DNA of 64,000 nucleotides from an uncultured Rhodospirillaceae bacterium (GTDB lineage Bacteria; Pseudomonadota; Alphaproteobacteria; UBA9219): NCBI GenBank assembly GCA_964449155.1, contig CAYVBP010000002.1, positions 334 to 64,333 of the forward strand, read 5' to 3'. Shown piece by piece: positions 59,165 to 64,000 of this stretch (position 1 is its first letter; each line of letters starts with the position of its first letter). The notes under the pieces were generated by a model. It saw only the letters and a program-made list of their open reading frames with translations, ran no database searches and was not told where the DNA came from. The position numbers and the translations under genes were made by a program.

Positions 59165-60034
59165 TTATAATCGAGGAATATTGAGCCAGCAAAAGCCGCG
59201 TCCACACTCGATAAAATCATGCCATTGATATGGCGATTTGGCGAAAGCCTTGCCAATAGTGTTTACGTTCGCTGAAAACTTTGCGTACTCAAGCAAATCT
59301 TTCGTTCGTATTTTGGGCTTATCTGATGCCCACGCATCATAAAGCTTGCGAACCAGTGCTGCCTGACGAGGCCCGTTAAAAACGTACTCCTTCGTTCCAA
59401 TTACGAGTTGATCGCCGCTAGGGGAGCAAACAACCTCGACATGGGACGTGGCAGAGCTGAAGTCGCATGGAACAGCGAGCTTGGCATTAATGGCCGCACA
59501 ATCAGCGTGATTTTTACGTCCGCAGTCGGCAAGATCCCTGCGAATGATGTCTTCCATTTGATCATCATCAAGGCTTAAGGGTTTCCTTTTAAAGCTGGTC
59601 GCCCCCAGCTTGATCGCGTGCATGATGCTGTCATGATCTTTAGCTTGCCCACTGACCACGATGATCGGAAGCAAATGGGCGATGGTTTTGTTTTGATGAA
59701 AATGGGGATACTTCTCCCGAACTTTTTCTATGAACGACATGCCCGACTCGACGCGCGCGCTAAGCGCCTTGGTATCCGACTTGATGTGCAGGTCGAGCAG
59801 AATGTAGCAGAAATGTTGACGATCAAGCGCTTCAAGGCCTTCCGCCTTTGTCGCGGCGACAACGGCATCGTGATCCATTGCACGAAGAAGATCGACCATC
59901 TCCGCAGCCATGTCATCATCATCCTCGACGATCAAAGCTATATGGCGTTCGCTCACGTCACGCCTCCGGCTCTTGTTCAAAAGGAAGCACGATAGAAACT
60001 TTTGTGCCTTTGCTTGGCGCACTGCTGATCTCAA
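59165..60034 (-). CDS. Response regulator with receiver domain and uncharacterised C-terminal output domain
   Basis: Receiver motifs (IALIVEDDDDMA...ILLDLHI...IVVSGQAKDHDSIMHAIKLGATSF) followed by about 150 aa with no recognised DNA-binding or enzymatic motif. The start is uncertain (possibly GTG/Val upstream of SERHIALIV); it overlaps the kinase gene's 3' end. Confidence 0.55.
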   Translation of the reverse strand: MRSAVRQAKAQKFLSCFLLNKSRRRDVSERHIALIVEDDDDMAAEMVDLLRAMDHDAVVAATKAEGLEALDRQHFCYILLDLHIKSDTKALSARVESGMSFIEKVREKYPHFHQNKTIAHLLPIIVVSGQAKDHDSIMHAIKLGATSFKRKPLSLDDDQMEDIIRRDLADCGRKNHADCAAINAKLAVPCDFSSATSHVEVVCSPSGDQLVIGTKEYVFNGPRQAALVRKLYDAWASDKPKIRTKDLLEYAKFSANVNTIGKAFAKSPYQWHDFIECGRGFCWLNIPRL

Positions 60035-61076
60035 GCGTGCCGTTGTGGTCTACCTCTACGATCTTTCTGGCTATGGGAAGACCAAATCCCATACCAGAAG
60101 CTTTGCGCGTTGCATAAAGGCGAAGACAATCCTTCCGATCCTCCTCGTTCATGCCGCATCCGGTGTCCTGAACCGTAATCGTAACATGGCGGCGAGGTTT
60201 TGAAACCGCGCCTATCGTCACACGCCGTGGCTCTTGGGTTTCAGAGCAAGCTTCAACGGCGTTCGTCAGAATATTGAGCAAGGCTTGGATAATCCGGCTT
60301 CTATACATTTGCGATGCAAGTGCAGGATCAACCTGCGTTTCGATAATCTCGACGCCGAGCTTTCGCGTTTCATCCATACCACGCACAAGATCGACTGCGT
60401 CGCGGATGACCGTTGAAACAGGTTCCGCCTTCATTTTGCCAGAACCTTCACTTGTCAGATCACGAAGATTCTCAAGAATGTCGTTCAACAAATGAATGCG
60501 TTTTTGTGCGCGGGCTATATGTTCCCCAATATGGGCGGCATCAGCCTTGCCGCATTCCCGTTGAAGATTGAGCATGCCCGCATCGAGGGGTGAGATAATT
60601 TTAATCAGCTCGTGATAAATCTCGCGCACAAAATGCGCGTGCATCTTGTTGGCTGTTCTAATCGCCGCCTTACGCGTGACTGTTCCATGCTTCTGCTCAA
60701 CATCGTCAAGCAGCGCCTTGATCTCGTCTCCGTTTGTTTTGTGATGCAACGATGTCTGCTTGTTGCCGTTCCGGCGCTGGATTGTCCGTCGCGCCGCGTC
60801 GCGAACGTAGGCATTGTCGTCTTGGACAAGAGCTGATGCGATGGTCGCAAAAAGCTCGTGATTGAGACGAAGCAAGCATTCGGCAACAGCTTTGCGAACC
60901 TCCCATTTTCTATGAACCGCAAGGCCGCGCAGACGCTCAGCTAAACGATCGATATCCTCATGTGACAGGACGCCGCATTCCAAGCGTTCGCCGAGCTCAT
61001 GCAGGGAATCGCGTATACGCTGCCAATTCTCTGCACCGAGTTCCTGAAAAAGCTTTTCCGGCGTCTTGTTTTTCAT
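59958..61076 (-). CDS. Soluble sensor histidine kinase with N-terminal HEAT-like repeats
   Basis: No TM segments. It has HEAT/PBS-like repeats (VRKAVAECLLRL...VRDAARRTI), an H-box region YHELIKIISPL, and a C-terminal HATPase_c (TVQDTGCGM...GMGFGLPIARKIVEVDHNGTLEISSAPSKGTKVSI). Confidence 0.6.
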   Translation of the reverse strand: MKNKTPEKLFQELGAENWQRIRDSLHELGERLECGVLSHEDIDRLAERLRGLAVHRKWEVRKAVAECLLRLNHELFATIASALVQDDNAYVRDAARRTIQRRNGNKQTSLHHKTNGDEIKALLDDVEQKHGTVTRKAAIRTANKMHAHFVREIYHELIKIISPLDAGMLNLQRECGKADAAHIGEHIARAQKRIHLLNDILENLRDLTSEGSGKMKAEPVSTVIRDAVDLVRGMDETRKLGVEIIETQVDPALASQMYRSRIIQALLNILTNAVEACSETQEPRRVTIGAVSKPRRHVTITVQDTGCGMNEEDRKDCLRLYATRKASGMGFGLPIARKIVEVDHNGTLEISSAPSKGTKVSIVLPFEQEPEA

Positions 61077-61085
61077 CCGAAGAAC

Positions 61086-63056
61086 TCAATGTCCATAACG
61101 TTTCATGCGCTCGCGGAAGGCATCGGCCCCGCCTTCCAAAAGGTATTCGATTTTGTCTTTGACGGCATCCACGTTGCCGCTGTTCCCCAGTTTTGCTTGT
61201 TGGCCATCGGAAGATAGCACAAACACGCGCTCGGCGTCTCCCAGAACAGGAATATTTGGATTGTGCGTCACGAAAATCAGCTGACGGCTTCCCTTGGCCT
61301 CGCGGACGCTGCGCACGACGGTATCGTACACAAAGGCGTTGTCGAGATTGTCTTCAGGCTGATCGATCAAAAGCGGCCTCGCATCTTGAAGCAGCAAAAT
61401 CGGCAAAATAACCGTACACCGCTGTCCTGTAGAAAGCTGAGCCGAGTTTTTGTATTCGGCCCCGTCCTTGAGTTCAATGCGCGGCAGATCGTCAATTTCC
61501 ATGGTTTCGAGTTTGGCGATGTTGTCGGCGTGCTGCTGGATGTGGGAAATAATTTTCTGTGCTTGGTCTTTGCCTGTTTCAGCCTGCCTTTCCAAAGCGT
61601 CAACATCCCCTGTGCGCACGAAACGCGCGAGATCGCCAGGACAGACCGAAGTGACAATGCGCGGGATGATGGTGTTGTATCGGACGCCGGATCCCTTCAG
61701 CATATCGCGCAACTCGGCCTCGTAAAGGGACTTGTCCTCCGCTTGTGTCACGGAAACGCGGATGGTCGGTGAGAGTTTGGTTGATAGATCGGCAGCTACG
61801 GTGCGCCGCGCTTCATAGCGTTTATCCCGTAAATCGGAAAGACGACACGAAAAGTCGGATATGTCTTGAGCGAGATTTTTGCGCGTTTCAAGACGTTGTA
61901 TCCGTTCCTTTTCTTGCGCGAGAAGTTCATTCTGGCGGCGTTGAAGTCCCTGCCGCTCTCTGACTTGGGCGCTTTGTTGTTGTACGCGGGCTGCAAGGTC
62001 GCGATAAGCCTGATCCTGCAGCGCGTGCGCTTGCGCAAGCCGCTGAGCTATTTCTAAAAGCGCGTTATCTGTTTTTTGGCTTAAAGCCAAGGCTTGACGT
62101 TCCAACGCCTCAAAAGCCTGGAGAAAAGCGTTAATTTCCTTCTGAATTTCCGACAAGAAGGCTCCGTTCTCGCCACGAAGCATAGACTCATCGATCACGT
62201 TATGGCACTTGCCGACGACATGTTGTTTCCATTGGCCTGCCTGGACTTCAACATTTTTGACCACATCGCGGAGGGTCTGAATAGACGCTCCTTCACGCGA
62301 TCTTAAACTTTTTGCTTTTTCGGCAAGAGCAAGCGCGTCAGCTTCTGGGCTTCCGCTTGGCTTTGATTCCTCCAATTTCAGATTGATGCCTTCAAGCTCA
62401 GCAACAGCGTGTTCGCATTCGCGCAAAGCATTTTCGTTCCGCTCGTTTTCATCAATTTTTTGACACAAGGCATGCTTGGTGCGTTCGATTTCTTCTTGGG
62501 TCTGACGAATCTCAGTTTCCGCAAAGCGATCGATCAGCTGCAGCTGAAAACGAGCGTTCCTTGCGATTTCTTCGATCTTGTTCTGGCCGTATATATCGGC
62601 CTTGAAAAGGCGGCTACGATTCAGAGACGCTGCCTGCGGCTCACCCCTGGCATTGAACAATGCGGCTGCTTCGCCGATAGAACGCTCGATGCGGTAAGGA
62701 ACGCCACCTTGCGTTTCGATATCGAGAACGACTTTGCCTGAACGTAGATTTTCATCAACGACTTCCTTGTTCGCCTTGCTTCGCTCCTGCGGATCGTCCG
62801 AACTCAAAAGAAAACGAATAAACTCCAGAACGGTTGTTTTTCCCGTTCCGCGCCCGCCGATAATACAATTTAACCCGTCTTCAAAATCAAGGCGCAGACC
62901 ATCAAGAAAGCCGCCAGTGACGGAAAGAGCAAGAATGCGATGGTGCGATGTAGATGACGGTTCTTCTTCAATATCTTCCTCAATCGCGACGGCACTGGTT
63001 CCTTGGATCATGATTTTCCACGCCTTTCTTTCCTTGTTTGCAGCAGGGTTCCTCAA
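61086..63056 (-). CDS. SMC/Rad50/RecN-like ABC-type ATPase with long central coiled coil
   Basis: N-terminal Walker A CIIGGRGTGKTT, about 350 aa of heptad-rich coiled coil, and a C-terminal ABC signature LSTGQR, Walker B LLIDQPEDNLD and H-loop IFVTHNPN. The ATG at 63011 (MIQGTS...) is an alternative start. It is first in an operon with the kinase and regulator genes. Confidence 0.65.
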   Translation of the reverse strand: MRNPAANKERKAWKIMIQGTSAVAIEEDIEEEPSSTSHHRILALSVTGGFLDGLRLDFEDGLNCIIGGRGTGKTTVLEFIRFLLSSDDPQERSKANKEVVDENLRSGKVVLDIETQGGVPYRIERSIGEAAALFNARGEPQAASLNRSRLFKADIYGQNKIEEIARNARFQLQLIDRFAETEIRQTQEEIERTKHALCQKIDENERNENALRECEHAVAELEGINLKLEESKPSGSPEADALALAEKAKSLRSREGASIQTLRDVVKNVEVQAGQWKQHVVGKCHNVIDESMLRGENGAFLSEIQKEINAFLQAFEALERQALALSQKTDNALLEIAQRLAQAHALQDQAYRDLAARVQQQSAQVRERQGLQRRQNELLAQEKERIQRLETRKNLAQDISDFSCRLSDLRDKRYEARRTVAADLSTKLSPTIRVSVTQAEDKSLYEAELRDMLKGSGVRYNTIIPRIVTSVCPGDLARFVRTGDVDALERQAETGKDQAQKIISHIQQHADNIAKLETMEIDDLPRIELKDGAEYKNSAQLSTGQRCTVILPILLLQDARPLLIDQPEDNLDNAFVYDTVVRSVREAKGSRQLIFVTHNPNIPVLGDAERVFVLSSDGQQAKLGNSGNVDAVKDKIEYLLEGGADAFRERMKRYGH

Positions 63057-63240
63057 CCGGAAGCTGCGTAAGCTTATTGTATGAAGGCGAACAAATCAAG
63101 AACATGCGATGTTGTGCATAGTGACGGTTAATAACTGAAACATAAGGCTCCTTCCTTTCTCCTTCCTTTGGGCTTCCCTCGGGCAGCAACTGCACCCTCC
63201 AGATTTCCTTCTCTGAAATTCTCCAATCTCCGGACACGTT

Positions 63241-63552
63241 TTGAACGAACCGGAGGGATGGAGAATGACCATTCAGCATTTTGGACAAGAGCAGCTTGCG
63301 CAGCGCTGGGGGATTTCGACCAGCACGCTAGAGCGGTGGCGTTGGTCTGGCGAAGGGCCACGTTTTTTGAAGTTGGGCGGAAGGGTCGTGTATCGCCTTG
63401 AAGATATCGAGGCTTTCGAGGCCGAAAAGCTCCGCAACAGCACTTCAGGTGCTGCACCGCAAATGATGCCGGACTTCCGGCAGGAACGCGCCGTGCCTCA
63501 ACCAGCACCCCAACAATCCCCGCAAGTCACCAGCAGAAGGAGAGCGTCATGA
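63241..63552 (+). CDS. Small HTH DNA-binding protein (AlpA/excisionase or MerR-like)
   Basis: LAQRWGISTSTLERWRWSGEGPRFLKLGGRVVYRLEDIEAFE is a helix-turn-helix followed by a wing-like segment, typical of AlpA/Xis-family regulators. The remainder is a Pro/Gln-rich tail. Confidence 0.45.
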   Translation: MNEPEGWRMTIQHFGQEQLAQRWGISTSTLERWRWSGEGPRFLKLGGRVVYRLEDIEAFEAEKLRNSTSGAAPQMMPDFRQERAVPQPAPQQSPQVTSRRRAS

Positions 63553-64000
63553 ACATCCCGAACAGGATCACGATAAATCAGTTGCGCGACATGCCGCCTG
63601 GGAAGATCGCGACGTTTTCGGTCGAGGAAATGGCTCTTCTGCTGGAAGACCTGAACGGCGCGAAGGCTCATCTGGCAGCCATCGAAAACAAGCTGCGTAG
63701 CGGGCTCGATCTCAAATACGGGCAAAAGTCCTCGGAGCTTCGCAGGGCCAGCGGCAAGGACACGGGCACGGTGCGCGTTACGGACGGGAGGTTCGTCGTC
63801 GTGATGGATTTGCCCAAGCGCGTTAAATGGGATCGCACAAAACTCGCGGGCGCTATCCGAACCATCGTCGAGCAATGGCGCGAGGATCCAGAGCAATATG
63901 TGACGACCGAATACAAGGTTTCGGAAACAGCCTACGGCGCTTGGCCCGAGGCGATCCGAAAACTGTTCGAGCCCGCCCGCACCGTCGAGCACGGCAAGCC
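63549..64000 (+). CDS. Hypothetical protein, 5' partial at window edge (translationally coupled to the HTH gene)
   Basis: The ATG at 63549 overlaps the upstream stop (ATGA). The reading frame stays open to the end of the window (at least 150 aa: MNIPNRITINQLRDMPPGKIATFSVEEMALLLEDLNGAKAHL...). It is absent from the ORF track because no stop falls within the window. Confidence 0.4.
   Translation, partial: MNIPNRITINQLRDMPPGKIATFSVEEMALLLEDLNGAKAHLAAIENKLRSGLDLKYGQKSSELRRASGKDTGTVRVTDGRFVVVMDLPKRVKWDRTKLAGAIRTIVEQWREDPEQYVTTEYKVSETAYGAWPEAIRKLFEPARTVEHGK

Noticed and set aside
1..64000. Searched for a CRISPR array or other tandem direct repeats
   Set aside because: No repeat-spacer periodicity was seen. 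The only notable repeats are the intragenic domain duplication at 44208-46784 and the 18-bp repeat around the IS.

Overview
This is a high-GC chromosomal segment of an alphaproteobacterium. The lineage call rests on a CtrA-type response regulator and the conserved yfgM-bamB-der and rpsT-dnaA neighbourhoods, so it is the dnaA (origin-proximal) region. The backbone is housekeeping: M16 peptidase, thrC, pepP, prmA, der, bamB, rpsT, dnaA, secA, ctrA, mscK-like, yggS, mltG, aroA, grpE, rppH, acpS, trpBA, thrS and a tRNA-Thr. Several accessory modules sit between these core genes.
(1) A three-gene type IV secretion outer-membrane core lies between dnaA and secA. It consists of a VirB9/DotH-like protein, a VirB10/TrbI/DotG-like protein and a DotF-like bitopic protein, with overlapping start and stop codons.
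(2) A six-gene type IVb 'thin pilus' biogenesis module lies between mscK and yggS. It encodes a TcpQ/PilL-like protein, a lipoprotein secretin, two accessory proteins, a GspE-family ATPase with a tetracysteine motif and a GspF-family platform protein. It matches the R64/ICE pilL-N-O-P-Q-R order but has no pilin or prepilin peptidase nearby.
(3) Near 42-44 kb there is a signal-peptide polytopic membrane protein, a VirB2/TrbC-like pilin-type protein and a Cys-rich protein.
(4) There are four copies of a GT-C/DUF2029-like polytopic glycosyltransferase-type domain: two tandem paralog genes, and one 858-aa gene made of two fused repeats. The fused gene converges on a PMT-like membrane protein with a TPR domain.
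(5) An ISAs1-family transposase, flanked by an 18-bp imperfect direct repeat, sits next to tRNA-Thr(GGU) and thrS.
(6) An anaerobe/archaeal-style cluster follows: a thioredoxin-like protein, a CcdA-like membrane protein, a DUF134 protein, a NifX-like protein, two MinD-family P-loop ATPases with 2x[4Fe-4S] motifs, a second NifX-like protein and a rhodanese.
(7) An operon encodes an SMC/Rad50-like ABC ATPase, a soluble HEAT-repeat histidine kinase and a response regulator with an unknown output domain. It is divergent from an HTH/excisionase-like gene and a phage-like ORF at the window edge.
All calls come from reading the translated ORFs. No database searches were run, so family assignments rest on recognisable motifs and gene order.
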